Shown: positions 38,684-50,617, counted from the stretch's first letter. The stretch: 64,000 nucleotides of DNA from an uncultured Chloroflexia bacterium (GCA_963810095.1 CAWEMM010000009.1:32001-96000), one strand, 5' to 3'. Notes: generated by a model from the letters alone, not told the origin. Translations and numbers: made by a program.

Positions 38684-39784
38684 ATGGAAGCGATTGCAGT
38701 TGTGCCTGGTACGAAAGACGTGCGGCTGGTCGACCGCCCCGAGCCGTCTGTTCGGGCGGATGACGAAATCAAGGTGCAGATCTGCCGGGTGGGCATCTGC
38801 GGGACGGACCGGGAGGAGGCCGCCGGCGGTCGCTCCAAGGCGCCCCCCGGCCAGAAGGACCTGGTGATCGGGCACGAGAACTTCGGGCGGGTGGTGGAGA
38901 CCGGGAAGGCGGTCACACGCGTCAGGCCCGGCGACTATGCCGTGTTCACCGTCCGCCGCAGTTGCGGCAAGTGCCTGCCGTGTCGCATGGGTCGCTCGGA
39001 CATGTGCCTGACGGGCGACTATACGGAGCGCGGCATTTGGGGGGCGGACGGCTACCAGGCGCAGTTCGTGGTTGACAAAGAGGAGTACGTCGTCTGCGTC
39101 CCCGCAGAGCTGGAGCCGGTCGGCGTACTGACCGAGCCGCTCAGCATTGGCGAAAAGGCCATTCAGGAGGCGGTGCGGGTGCAGATGGCCCGCCGCCCCG
39201 ACTCGCTCGCCACGCCCGAATGGCTCTTCGGACGGCGTTGCCTGGTCGCGGGGCTCGGCCCCGTTGGCTTGCTTGCGGCGCTCGCGTTGCGCTTGCGGGG
39301 CGCCGAGGTTTGGGGGCTCGATATCGTGGACGAGAGTTCGGCGCGGCCCCAGTGGCTAAAGGCCATCGGCGGTCAGTACGTGGACGGTCGCCAGGTCAAG
39401 GCGGACCAGGTGGACGACAAGCTCGGCCCGATGGAGTTCATCTTCGAAGCAACCGGCATCGCCTCCCTGGAGTTCGACTTGCTCGATGCGCTCGGCGAGG
39501 GCGGCGCGTATGTCCTCACCGGTATCCCCGGCGGCGATCGCCCGTCGCAGGTTCAGGCGGCCAGCCTGATGCGGGAGTTCGTCCTGGCGAACAAGCTCAT
39601 GCTCGGCAGCGTGAATGCGGCGGCGGGTCACTTCCAGATGGCGGTGGACGACCTGGCGCAGGCCCGGCTCAAGTGGGGCGACCACGTCGCCACGCTGATT
39701 ACCGATCGTGTGCCGCACGCTAAGTTCCAGGAAGCGTTGGACAGGCACAATCAGGATGAGATCAAGGTGGTGGTGGAGTGGTGA
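38684..39784 (+). CDS. Zn-dependent glucose 1-dehydrogenase (MDR family)
   Basis: GICGTD, GHE, VRRSCGKCLPC..C, ERGI, LTEPLS, GLGPVG, GSVNA. Confidence 0.9.
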   Translation: MEAIAVVPGTKDVRLVDRPEPSVRADDEIKVQICRVGICGTDREEAAGGRSKAPPGQKDLVIGHENFGRVVETGKAVTRVRPGDYAVFTVRRSCGKCLPCRMGRSDMCLTGDYTERGIWGADGYQAQFVVDKEEYVVCVPAELEPVGVLTEPLSIGEKAIQEAVRVQMARRPDSLATPEWLFGRRCLVAGLGPVGLLAALALRLRGAEVWGLDIVDESSARPQWLKAIGGQYVDGRQVKADQVDDKLGPMEFIFEATGIASLEFDLLDALGEGGAYVLTGIPGGDRPSQVQAASLMREFVLANKLMLGSVNAAAGHFQMAVDDLAQARLKWGDHVATLITDRVPHAKFQEALDRHNQDEIKVVVEW

Positions 39785-39792
39785 GGTGATTC

Positions 39793-42283
39793 ATGTCTGA
39801 CAACCAGCCAACCCAGGCCCCCGGCCACCCCGGCATCGAGGCCCGCTGGACCTCCAGTGCCAAGACGGGCGTTGGCACCGCGCTGGGCAACGCATCTCGC
39901 ATCTGGTTCACGCTCGGCCACGGCATCATCGACGAGGTCTATTACAGCCGCATCGACTGGGCCTGCACGCGCGACATGGGGCTGCTCGTTTCGGACGGCC
40001 AAGGCTGGGTGTCCGAAGAGAAGCGGCACGCGAAGCACGAGGTCGCGTACCCCTACGCCGGCATCCCCTATTACCGGCTCACCAATACCGACCAGGGTGG
40101 CCGCTACCGGATCGAGAAGGAGATCCTGGCCGATCCGCAGCGCGACGTGATCCTGCAGCGCACGCGCTTCGTGCCGCTGCAGGGCAAGCTCGAGGACTAC
40201 CACCTGTACTTGATCCTTGCCCCGCACCTGGGCAACCAGGGCGCCGGCAACACGGCCTGGACTGGCGACACGAAGGGCGAGCAAATGCTGTTTGCAGAGC
40301 GTGACGGCACCTCGCTTGCGCTCGCCTCCTCCGCCCCCTGGCTGAGGCGCTCGGCCGGTTTCGTCGGCACGTCGGACGGATGGCAGGACATCACACAGCA
40401 CGGCGAGATGAAGTGGGAGTACGCCCGGGCCGACGACGGCAACGTTGCACTCACCGGCGAAATCGACCTCGGGGCCTGCGCCCTGGCCGGCAGCGGGGAG
40501 ACGGGTGGAGGGGTGGAGTTCACCCTTGCGCTCGGCCTGAGCCGCACCGCGCTTGAGGCCGGTCACCACGCGCGCACCGCGCTCTTCGACGGCTTTGACC
40601 GCGCTCGCGATGTCTATGTCGGGCAGTGGCAGCGCTGGCAGGACGGCCTGCTTGCGCTGGAGGACGAGGAAGTCAGAGACGCTACCTCGGGACACGCGCA
40701 GCCCGAGCTTCCTCCAATCGACGAGTTCCGCACCAGCGCGATGGTGCTGCGCGTGCACGAGGACAAGGTCTTTGCGGGCGGCATGATCGCCAGCCTTTCG
40801 ATCCCGTGGGGGTACGCGAAGGGCGACGACGACCTCGGCGGCTACCACCTGGTGTGGACGCGCGACCTGGTGGAGAGCGTCGGCGGGTTGATTGCCGCGG
40901 GCGCGCATGGCGATGCCGCACGTGTGCTGCGCTACCTGCAGGCCACGCAGGAGGCGGACGGCCACTGGCCGCAGAACATGTGGCTCGACGGCACACCCTA
41001 CTGGCATGGCATCCAGATGGACGAGACCGCGTTCCCCATCCTGCTGACGGAGACTGCCTACCGCCTGGGCGTGCTGGACGAGGCGCTGCTCGACAGCTTC
41101 TGGCCGATGGTGCACACGGCCGCGGCGTACGTCGCAGCGAACGGGCCGGTCAGCAAGGAGGACCGCTGGGAGGAGAACGCCGGCTACTCGCCCTTCACGC
41201 TGGCCGTCGAGATCGCGGGCCTGTTGGCTGCCGCCTCACTGGCCGAGACGACCGGTAAGTCGACCGCCGCGCAGTACCTGCGGGAGACGGCGGACAACTG
41301 GAATGCCAACATCGAGCGCTGGACCTACGTGACGGGGACCGCACTGGCGGAGAAGCACGGGGTGGAGGGATATTACGTCCGCATCGCGCCGCCGGATGTG
41401 GGCGAAGGGGCGTCGCTGAAGGACGGTTACGTGCCGATCAAGAACCGGCCGCCGGGGGAGAGCAAGGTGCGGGCCGTGCAGATCGTTAGCCCCGACGCGC
41501 TTGCACTCGTGCGCTTCGGCCTGCGCCGCGCCCGACGACCCGCGCATTCTGAACACGGTCAAGTTGATCGACGCGACGCTCAAGACCGACACGCCGTTCG
41601 GGCCGGTATGGCACCGGTACACAGGCGATGGCTACGGCGACCACGGGGACGGCGGGCCGTTCGACGGCACGGGTGTGGGCCGAGGCTGGCCGCTGCTGGT
41701 GGGCGAGCGCGCGCACTATGAGCTGGCAGCCGGGCGCTTCGACGAGGCGGAGCGGCTGATGCGCGTGATGGAAGCGCTGGCGAACGAGGGCGGCATGATC
41801 CCCGAGCAGACCTGGGACGCGGCCGACATCCCCGAGGAAGAGCTGTTCTTCGGCAAGCCGGCGGGAAGCGCTATGCCGCTCGTGTGGGCGCACGCCGAGT
41901 ACCTCAAGCTGCGGCGTTCGCTCCGCGAGCGTCGAGTCATCGACATGCCGCCCCAGCCCGCCAACCGCTACCTCACCGGCGACGACCGGCATACGGGCAC
42001 GCCCTTCACCCTCTGGCGCTTCAACCATCGCTCGCGCGTCCTTCAGCAGGGCAACCTCCTGCGGGTCGAGACACGGTCGCCCGCGCTGGTTCACTGGAGC
42101 GTGGATGGCTGGCAGAACGTGCAGGAGTGCGCGACGACGGACACGCAAGTGGGGATGCACGTGGCGGACCTGCCGACGCAGGAGCTTGAAGAGGGGGCGC
42201 AGGTGACTTTTACCTTCCGCTGGCCGGCCGAAGGCGACCGGTGGGAGGGGACGAACTATGAGGTGCGGGTCGTTAAGGCCTGA
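39793..42283 (+). CDS. Glucan 1,4-alpha-glucosidase/glucoamylase (GH15) (1-base frameshift near 41527)
   Basis: WTSSAKTGVG, GGYHLVWTRD, QMDETAFP, DRWEENAGYS; after the shift RYTGDGYG, GRGWPLLVGER, MIPEQ, SAMPLVWAHAEY. Confidence 0.92.
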
Positions 42284-42356
42284 GTGATTCTACAAAGCCT
42301 GGCAGGTCTTGGCCGTGTCGAGCGCCGGAGGGGCAGCCACCCCGTGCAGGTAATGA

Positions 42357-44025
42357 TCATGCACGCGTGCCGAACCGGGTCGAGCCGGTGCCGGCGCTCA
42401 ACTCCCCCGCCGGCGCCGCCCGCTTCAGCCAATCCGCCGTCCGGGCAGCGATGGCCGAGATCGTCAGCGCCGGGTTCGCCGACCCCTGCGTGGGCAGCAC
42501 GCTACCGTCGCATACCAGCAGGTTCGGCACGTCCCACGAGCGGCACCACTGGTCCACGACTGAGTCCTGCGGCGTGAAGCCCATGCGGGCGGTCCCCACC
42601 AGGTGCGCGTAGCGCCGCACGTAGTGCGTCTCGGTCGCGCCCGCAGCCCTCAGCACGTTTTCCGCCGTCTTGATCCCCGCCCTCATCATGCGCTTGTCGT
42701 TCTCGAATAGATTGAAGTGGACATAAGGTGCGGGTAGCCCGTACTGGTCCTTGGCCGTCGGGTGTAGGGACACGAAATTCCGCTCGTCCGGCAGGATCTC
42801 GCCCAGCACGCCGATCGCCGCATAGTGGTTGTACTGCTGCATCGCCCCGACCAGCTCCGCGCCGAACCTTCCCGTCCTCGTCGGCCAGGAGGTGCGCCAT
42901 CGCGATCGGCAGGGGCGCGACCGTCTGCAGCGCATACCCGCGCACGAAGTCGTTGTGAGGATCAGTCTCGTAGAAGGCCTCGCTGCACGCGCAGGCCGGC
43001 GGCGCCTTGTACTGGCGGATCATGCCGGGGAAGTTGCCCCACACCACCGGTCCGGCCTGCGACATCAGGTTCTTGCCCACCAGCCCGCTCGAGTTCGCAA
43101 GGCCATCGGGGAAGAGGCTCGACTTCGAGTTGAGCAGCAGCCGCGGGGTCTCGATCGCGTAGCCTGCAACGATGACGGCTTGTGCGCGCTGGAACTCTGG
43201 GACAGGCTTGCCGTGCTCGTCGTTGCGGAAGTAGTGCACGCCCGTCGCGCGGCCCTGCTCGTCCACCGCCACCTCGTACGCCATGCAGCCCGTCCGGATC
43301 TCCGCGCCCGCTTCGACTGCAAACGGGATGTGACTCACGAGGATGCTGCTCTTCGCGCCCACCTTGCACCCCAGGAGGCAGAAGCCCCGCATGATGCAGT
43401 GCGGCCGTTTCCCCTCGCGGCCCGCCGGGATGCCCACCGGCCCGCCCGCGACCACCGGGATGCCCAGCTTCGTGCACCCCTCGACCAGCATCAGCCCGGC
43501 GGTACCCGCCTGCAGCGGTGCGTAGGGGTAGCCGTGCGGCTTGCCCCAGGGGTAGTGCCTGGGTCCCGACACCGGGTACTCGCGCTCCATCCGCTCGTAG
43601 TACGGCTCCAGATCCTCGTAGGAGATCGGCCAGTCCACCGCAACGCCGTCGTTCGTCCGCACACGGAAGTCGGACGGGTGAAAGCGCGGGCAGAATGCGG
43701 CGTAGTGGACGGTGCTCCCGCCCACCCCCCGGCCCGAGTTGTTCGCGCCCAGCTCCAGCGGCTCGGTCCCGCCCGTGATCCGCAGGTCGTTCCAGTACAG
43801 CCGGGACGACCCCGCCTCGTCCGACACCATGTCCTTCTCCGAGTCGTGCCAGTCGCCCGCCTCCAGTGCGACCACGGTGAAGCCGTACTTCGCCAGCCGC
43901 TGGGCCAGCACCCCGCCGCCGGCGCCTGTCCCCACGATGCAAAAATCCACCGTCTCGGACGGCTCGAACTCCCGCATATCCGTGTCAAGGACCCAGTTGG
44001 ACGAAAGATGCACGTGTAGCTTCAT
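42357..44025 (-). CDS. GMC family oxidoreductase flavoprotein (1-base frameshift near 42870)
   Basis: IVGTGAGGG, GVGGSTVHY, DWPISYEDLEPYY, CxxxGxCxxGC, ETPRLLLNS; after the shift AHLVGTARMG, SANPALTI. Confidence 0.92.
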
Positions 44026-44631
44026 GGTTTTTCACCCACCTCGCGCGGCTCCCACGGCTCCGGCGCGCCGTCGCTGAGGGCGTAGTACCCGCGCGGGTAC
44101 GCCGGCCCGCCGAACCCGATCTCGTCCCAGGCATACGGGTGGGCGTAGTAGACGCCCGCAATCTGCCGGAGCGCCACATAGATCCACCAGCGTCGCGCGG
44201 GCATCTGCTGCCACACGTCGCCTGGTGGTTCCCCGCGGCGCACGGCCTGCAGCACCTCGTCCTGCTGCCGGTCGTCCAGGTCCGCGAATTGCTTGCCGAA
44301 AAGGAACAGCGCCGTCTCGTCCAGGCCCGCCAGTCCCAGGTCCCACGCCTCCTTGTTCGCCGGCATGTCGTCGAACTGGAACCCCTCGGGCGAGACCGTG
44401 CCGTAGCGTTGGTCGATCCAGGGCGCGATGGGGACGCGGCGGTCCGCCGGCTTGTCCGCCTGCGGGATCACGCGCTCGCACAGCGCCTCCAGCGTCCGGC
44501 GCGGCGTGCTTCGCAAAGTGCTTGAACTCCGGCACGTTGTGCACCCGGTCGAGCACGACCTCGCGCGTCGCATCGTCCCAGTGTCCGCGCTGGGCGAGGA
44601 TGTCTGCATCAGGGTAAAGGTCGCGTCTCAC
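44022..44631 (-). CDS. Gluconate 2-dehydrogenase subunit 3 family protein (frameshift near 44503)
   Basis: HWDDATREVV..R; TLEALCERVIPQ, FADLDDRQQDEVL, YYAHPYAWDEIGFGGPAYPRGY. Confidence 0.88.
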
Positions 44632-44643
44632 ACGTTCCTCCGC

Positions 44644-45615
44644 CTACCGTTTCCGCCGCCCCAGGAGCGACGCGATGATCCCCAGGAGGCCGGTGGCGCA
44701 GAAGAGCAGCGGCGCGAAAAGCGGTGGGCCGTAGGTCACGTTGAAAGAGACATTGTTCATGCTGCCCGGCATTCGGAACAGGCCGCGCAGGTGCAGGAAG
44801 AAGCCGAGCGCGCCGTCGGCGAACACCGCGAGCGACGCCCACGGCAGGACGCGCCGCGCGATCCGCTCGCTCGGCACCGACGCGATGGCCGCGGCTATCA
44901 TCGGCGGGGTCAGCAGCACCGGCGTCCACATGGCCGGCGAGTTGTAGCTGCCGCGCAAGTGCTCGAAATACGCTTCGCCCCCTGCCAGCGCCGCCAGCGT
45001 CGCCGTCGCCGCAGCCATGATCTTCTGGAATCGCCCGTGGCTCACCGCGAACTCGATCGTAGCCAGGGGGTCGGACGGTCGCAGGGCCGGCAGCAGCACC
45101 GAGCCGACCGCCTCCGCCTCCACCGCCGCCTTGTCCAGCGTCTCGCGGCGCAGCATGCTGGCGAGCAGCCCGAGCAGCCCTGTGATCCCCATGAGCAAGG
45201 GCGCGAACACGGGCGGCCCCATGACGATGTTGTATGGGGCAAGATTGCCCGCGCCCAGCTTGAACCCACCCGGCCGCCGCCCAATGCCCCGCAGGTGGAA
45301 AACAAAGCCGACGAGCCCGTCGAGCAGGGAGGCGATTGCGCTGACCGGAAGCAGCCGGTGCGCCGCGGTCTCGCTCAGCAGCGCGGCGGCGGCCGACACG
45401 ACAACCGGGGGCGTCAGCCATACGGGCGTCCACATCAGGGCTCCACCGAGCGGCCCCTGCCGGAATGCGCCGCGCCGGTGCTGAGTGTACGCTTCGAACC
45501 CGCTGACGATGGCCGCAAAGGTGGTGATAATCGCCATGCTTCGCTGGAAGCGGCCCTCGCGGATCTCGCTGCGCGCGAGGGCCAATTCGTCGGTGACGTG
45601 CTCAGGCCTGTTCAT
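44644..45615 (-). CDS. Internally duplicated membrane protein associated with the GMC operon
   Basis: Two homologous halves, each GRFQ...EAY.xH.RG...MWTPV.LTPP...GF..HLRG...GPP.FAPLL. Confidence 0.85.
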   Translation of the reverse strand: MNRPEHVTDELALARSEIREGRFQRSMAIITTFAAIVSGFEAYTQHRRGAFRQGPLGGALMWTPVWLTPPVVVSAAAALLSETAAHRLLPVSAIASLLDGLVGFVFHLRGIGRRPGGFKLGAGNLAPYNIVMGPPVFAPLLMGITGLLGLLASMLRRETLDKAAVEAEAVGSVLLPALRPSDPLATIEFAVSHGRFQKIMAAATATLAALAGGEAYFEHLRGSYNSPAMWTPVLLTPPMIAAAIASVPSERIARRVLPWASLAVFADGALGFFLHLRGLFRMPGSMNNVSFNVTYGPPLFAPLLFCATGLLGIIASLLGRRKR

Positions 45616-45721
45616 GCTCCGATGCCACCGCAAAGGTCACGCCAAGGGCATGAAGACATAATGTGCACCGTAAACCCCGTGCACGGGGCATCCGCCCGTT
45701 CTTTGTGCCTTTGTGTTGCCG

Positions 45722-45919
45722 TCATCGCGCTGCCACCGTCGAAATGTGCTGATGCCTCTCCGCCCCGATGGCCCCTCGGGCAGGGCTGTTCTTCCCTCCG
45801 CGCAACCTTCGTTGCGCCTCCGAGGCCGTGCGTCCACCCATCAGGATCACCATCCCGATGGCGATGACGATGCCCAGCAGCAACATCCCGGACTCCAACC
45901 AAGATTCCTGGCTCTTCAC
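45722..45919 (-). CDS. Small single-TM hypothetical protein
   Basis: GGAGG RBS; GTG overlapping the upstream stop (GTGA); hydrophobic GMLLLGIVIAIGMVILMGG. Confidence 0.45.
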   Translation of the reverse strand: MKSQESWLESGMLLLGIVIAIGMVILMGGRTASEAQRRLRGGKNSPARGAIGAERHQHISTVAAR

Positions 45920-47026
45920 AGGCCTACCCTCCACGCTTCCGCGTCCTGTCGCTTTATTTCGATGCCCAGCCCCGGGCGCGAACGGTCTGGGTGGAGGCTT
46001 CCCTCGATGGGCGTGAGAGCGCCGTCGAACAGCATCTGCTCGATGCGCGCATGGTCGTAGAAATACTCAACATGGCACGCGGGGTGCAGTGCGCAGCAGG
46101 GGTGCGCGTGCAGTGTCGGCGCGCGAGTGCGCCGAGAGCGGCAGCAGGTGAGCCTGGCACAGCGCGGCAACCTTGAGGAAGCCTGTGATCCCCGCGCAGC
46201 GCGTCGCGTCGGCTTGCAGCACGTCGACCGCCCCGGCATCGAGCATCTGTCGGAAGTAGGGCACGGTGTACCCGTACTCGCCGGCCGCGATGTCCATCCC
46301 CGCCGGCGCCCGGTCGCGCAGCAGACGCAGCCCGTCCAGATCATCTGACGGCACCGGCTCCTCGAACCACGTGACGCCAAGGCCGGCGAACTGCTCCGCG
46401 AACGCCAGCGCCTGCTTGCGCGTGTACGCACCGTTCGCATCCACGAACAGCTCGACGTGATTTTCCACCGCGCTCCTTGCCGCCCGCACGCGCTCCAGGT
46501 CTTGCTCGGGATGCGTGCCGATTTTCATCTTCATGCGGGTGATGCCCCGCGTGGCCCAGCCGCGGAACTGGTCCTGCAGACGCTGGTCGCTGTAGGTGGT
46601 GAAGCCGCCGCTGCCATACACCGGCACCGCGTCCCGCACCGCGCCGAGCAGATCGACGACCGCCACGCCGAGCAGCTTCCCCTTGAGGTCCCACAGCGCG
46701 TTGTCGACCGCCGAAATCGCCATGGCCGCGACTCCCGGCTGCCCCACGTTGCGCACCTTCCCCTGCATATCCCACCACATGCCTTCGATTGCGAGCGCGT
46801 CGCACCCCTCGATGGTGGGCGCAAGAAACTCGCGAATCAGGCGGCCGGTCGCCGGGTCCGCGTAGCTATAGCCAACCCCGGTCTCGCCGCCCGCGCGCAC
46901 CTCGACGACGACGATCGTCGTCTCATGCCACGCGTACGTGCCGTCCGCCTCCGGGCCATCCGTAGGGATGGTGTAAGCGGACACGTCGAGGCCTTCTACA
47001 TGCGCCTTGCTTCCTAATCGGTACAT
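45916..47026 (-). CDS. Mandelate racemase/muconate lactonizing enzyme (enolase superfamily) protein (frameshift near 46125)
   Basis: AISAVDNALWDLKGK, YGSGGFT, KMKIG, FVDANG, WFEEP, AGEYG; tail EYFYDHARIE..PDRSRPGLG. Confidence 0.9.
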
Positions 47027-47079
47027 CCTGGTTAACCCCGGACCTGGCAGGTGCTCAAAAACCTGTCAGGTCTCGCTCC

Positions 47080-48829
47080 CTAGATCAATTCCCGCACCTT
47101 GTCCGACAGCGCGGTCAGCGCGATCTTGCCTCGGTTCGGCTCACCCTTCATCAGTGACTCCGCGAAATGGAGCGCCTGCTCCCGCGTCACCTTGGGCGGC
47201 ATGGGCGGCTCGAACGGGTCTACCACGGCCTCGACCACGACTGGCCCGGGGGTGTTCAGGGACTCGGCCATCTGGTCGCCGCACTTCGCCGGATCCTCAA
47301 TGGTGAACCCGGTCCCGCCGCACGCCCGCGCAAACGCCGCAAAATCGATCGGTGTGAGCGAGACGCCGTACTCCGGGTTGCCCAGGAAGACCATCTGCTC
47401 CCACTTAATCTGTCCGAGTGTGTTGTTCTTGATGATTACGATCTTGACCGGCAGGTTGTACTTCACAGCGGTGGCGAAGTCGGCCATGAGCATCGAGAAG
47501 CCGCCGTCGCCTACCAGGGCAACCACCTGCCGGTTCGGGTAGGCGACCTGCGCGCCGATCGCGTAGGGCAGGCCGTTCGCCATCGTCGCCAGGTTGCCCG
47601 AGAGGGAGAACATCTGCCCGCGGCGCATGTCGATGTAGCGGGCGGCCCAGGTCGCAATGGTGCCGCTGTCCGCGAAGACAATCGCATCGTCGCGCAGCCG
47701 CACGCCCAATTCGTGCGCCACGACCTGCGGCTTCATCGGCATGTCCTGCCGCGTTGCGCTGCGCCATCATCGTCTGCCGCCAGTCCTGCATGCCGGCCTG
47801 CGCCTTTTCGAGGAACTTGCGCTCCTCGTGCCGGGTCAGCATGGGCAGCAGTGCGTCGAGCGTGCACGCCGTGTCGCCCACCAGCCCGACTTCGATGGGG
47901 TAGCGCAGGCCGATGCGCGCCGGGTCCACGTCGATCTGGACCGCCCGGGCCGCGCCGGGTTTCGGATAGAACTCGATGTAGGGGAAAGATGTGCCCGCGA
48001 TCAGGAGCGTGTCGCACCCTTCCAGCGCGTCCTGCGACGGCTCGGTGCCGAGCAGGCCAATCCCCCCGGTGGTGTATGGGCTGTCGTCGGGTACGCACGC
48101 CTTGCCCAGCAGCGGCTTGATGATCGGCGCGCCCAGCAGTTCCGCGGCCTTCTCAAGCTGGTCGCCGGCGCCCAGCGCGCCCCGCCCGGCCAGGATCGCG
48201 ACTTTCTTGCCCCCGTTCAGAATTTCTGCTGCCTTGCGCAAGTCGTCCTCGCGCGGCAGCGCGGCGCTCACCGCCCACACGTCAGACGCATGGCCCGGGA
48301 CGTTGCGCGGGGTGTGCTCGCCGATCTCTTCGTCCTGCGTGTCCGACGGGATCGTGATATGGCTCACCCCCCGGTGCTTCAACGCCAGGCGGATCGCCAG
48401 GTCGGTGCTCGGCTGCACGTGGCCCGGGCTCATGATGCGCTGGCTGTACACCGCCACGTCCATGAACACCTTGTCGAGCTCGACGTCTTGCTGCTGCCGC
48501 GTATTGATCAGGTCGTGGTACGCCAGCCCGGTGATGGCGAGCACGGGCTGCCCGTCCAGCTTCGCGTCGTACAGCCCGTTCAGCAAGTGGATGCCGCCCG
48601 GTCCGGAGGTGGCGAGGCACACGCCCAGCTTGCCGGTCACCTTGGCATAGGCACAGGCCATGAACGCGGCGGCTTCCTCGTGGCGGACGTGGACGAACCG
48701 CACGTCGTCCTGGCGCTTGCGCAAGGCCTCCATGATGCCGTTGATCCCGTCGCCCGGCAGCCCAAACACCACGTCCACGCCCCAGTCTTGTAGCGTGTCG
48801 ATCAAAGCATCTGCTGCAGTCTTTGTCAT
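47080..48829 (-). CDS. poxB: Pyruvate oxidase/dehydrogenase (ThDP-dependent) (1-base frameshift near 47758)
   Basis: VFGLPGDGING, VRHEEAAAFMA, TSGPGGIHLLNGLYDA; SGNLATMA, GDGGFSM...NN ThDP motif. Confidence 0.88.
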
Positions 48830-49278
48830 CGTCCGCTCCTTCAAGACACTTTGCGCATTTTCGAAGCGCGTTCTTGATCTTGTGTCGATCATAGTCCCGC
48901 GCGACGTCGATCTTCCGGAGCATGGCTTCCCAAGGCAGCCGGAGCTGCATTAATACTCGATTAGAAGTTGTGATAAGACAGCTTGCGTTGCGCGGACGTG
49001 GCCGGCCGGCAGCGTCGCCGGCGATAGGAGAGAGTGTGAAGCATGTGGACGATCACTCGCACACAGAGCCGCCGCGCTTCTAGCAATACCCGTACTGGTC
49101 TTTGACGCGAAGCACCAGGGGCGCGTGAGGCTGTAGTGGTACGGGTTCCTGTGTGCCGAGGCGCTTCTGGGCAGTTGCCGTGTTTGCATCGGCGCCCCTG
49201 GCTCAGCTTGTGACACGATCGGGGGACAATGCGTCTCTTCCGGGCTCCTGCTCCTTTGCCGGCAACGTCCGCACGCGC

Positions 49279-49312
49279 CGAGCGGGAGCCTCTCTAAAGG
49301 GGCTCCCGCTCG
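49279..49312 (-). terminator. GC-rich stem-loop downstream of the DUF5666 gene
   Basis: CGAGCGGGAGCC-N10-GGCTCCCGCTCG, 12-bp perfect stem; no clear U-tract. Confidence 0.45.
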
Positions 49313-49354
49313 CCTCCATGCTTCCCTCGGGCTTCGGTGCAGCGCCCTGTCAGG

Positions 49355-50368
49355 CTACCCGTTGCCGCGGCCGTTACCGTTGCCATTGCCGCGGCCGTTG
49401 CCGTTGCCGCGACCGTTCCCATTTCCGTTATCGTTACCGTTGCCGCGACCGTTCCCATTTCCGTTATCGTTACCGTTGCCGCGACCCTTGCCATTTCCGT
49501 TATTCTTGTCCTGGGCATTGCCGTTGCCCGCGCCGTCATTCTGCCCGATGCGCAGGCCGGGGAGGCAGCGATTGTTGCCCGCCGGCCTGACCCAGATCTG
49601 CTCGGCGTTCATGGAGCCGTCAGCCAGGAGGGCGCCGCGCACGAAGACGAACCGGCCGAGATCGAAGTTATTCTCCTCGGCCCGTACGAGCGTCCTGTCG
49701 CCCACGCGCACGATGCGATTGCTCACCCGCCAGTCACCAACGATGCCCTGCTGCGGCAGCTGGTCGAGCAGCCCGCAGTAGACGTACCGGCCGGGCGTCC
49801 CGCTGCCGGAGGCGGTGTTTGCGCCTGGCGCCTGCGCGGTCGCCGCGGTCGTGCTGGTTACGGCCGGGGTTCCGGCATCTGCTGCCACCGGCTGGTCGAC
49901 GAGGACCTGGCTCGCGCCTGAGCCGGCATCGTCCACCCGCACCCAGGCGGCGTCGATCCCACCGTCACTCCGCGCCGCTCCGCCGACCGTAACGTGCGTT
50001 CCCAGGGCAGGGCGGGCGACGGCATCATTGACGGTGGTAGCGGAAGTGACATGAACCGCTCGATCCCCCACTTGCCAGACGCTTTCGCCGCCGTTGGTGA
50101 CCATCTGCGTGATCTGCCCCCCGAACAATGGGGGCGCAGCAACGTCGCCGCCGGACGCGTTCCCGCTAGAGCCGCTTGCAAGGGCGAGCGGGGCCGCGGG
50201 CGTGATCTGCCCGGCGAGCACGAGACCTTGGGCATCTGTCACGCTGCCTGCCTGGCCGGTCCCGGCACAGGCCGCAAGCAGCAGCGCGGCGCCCAACGCG
50301 ACCAGCAACAAGAGTCTCGGGATAAGGCGCCGGCGTGCGGCGCCCGTAGTATCTGGATATCCTTGCAT
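49355..50368 (-). CDS. DUF5666-like lipoprotein with a Gly/Asn-rich tail
   Basis: LAAC lipobox; two W.V....V.V...T....G..V.V.G....DG...A..(V/I) modules; C-terminal GNGNGR repeats. Confidence 0.75.
   Translation of the reverse strand: MQGYPDTTGAARRRLIPRLLLLVALGAALLLAACAGTGQAGSVTDAQGLVLAGQITPAAPLALASGSSGNASGGDVAAPPLFGGQITQMVTNGGESVWQVGDRAVHVTSATTVNDAVARPALGTHVTVGGAARSDGGIDAAWVRVDDAGSGASQVLVDQPVAADAGTPAVTSTTAATAQAPGANTASGSGTPGRYVYCGLLDQLPQQGIVGDWRVSNRIVRVGDRTLVRAEENNFDLGRFVFVRGALLADGSMNAEQIWVRPAGNNRCLPGLRIGQNDGAGNGNAQDKNNGNGKGRGNGNDNGNGNGRGNGNDNGNGNGRGNGNGRGNGNGNGRGNG
49401..49503 (-). repeat. 36-bp tandem repeat (about 2.8 copies) encoding NDNGNGNGRGNG
   Basis: CCGTTGCCGCGACCGTTCCCATTTCCGTTATCGTTA at 49401 and 49437, degenerate copy at 49473. 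Confidence 0.9.
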
Positions 50369-50617
50369 CACAAGCCACCTCACAAACTGGTTTCTTTGAA
50401 TAACGTTGCGGCGGCACCTTTAGCTCCCGAGCTGCTCCGCGTCACGCATCGCGCCGGCTTGTGATCGCCCTGTGACCGAATCCGGCGAAGTCTTCGCCGC
50501 CGGGCCATGGAATCTTGCCATGGAGGCGGAGACGTAGCCTTGCACGGACTTGCCGGCGTAGAGTACGGTTGTACGGCCGGCTACTGGTATCCACGGCCCC
50601 GGGCAGGGTGCGGACGC

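Noticed and set aside
37776-39790. Other TGA stops (37778, 38466, 39784) as possible Sec codons
   Set aside because: They fall at natural family C-termini, with no Cys-equivalent motif and no comparable hairpin.
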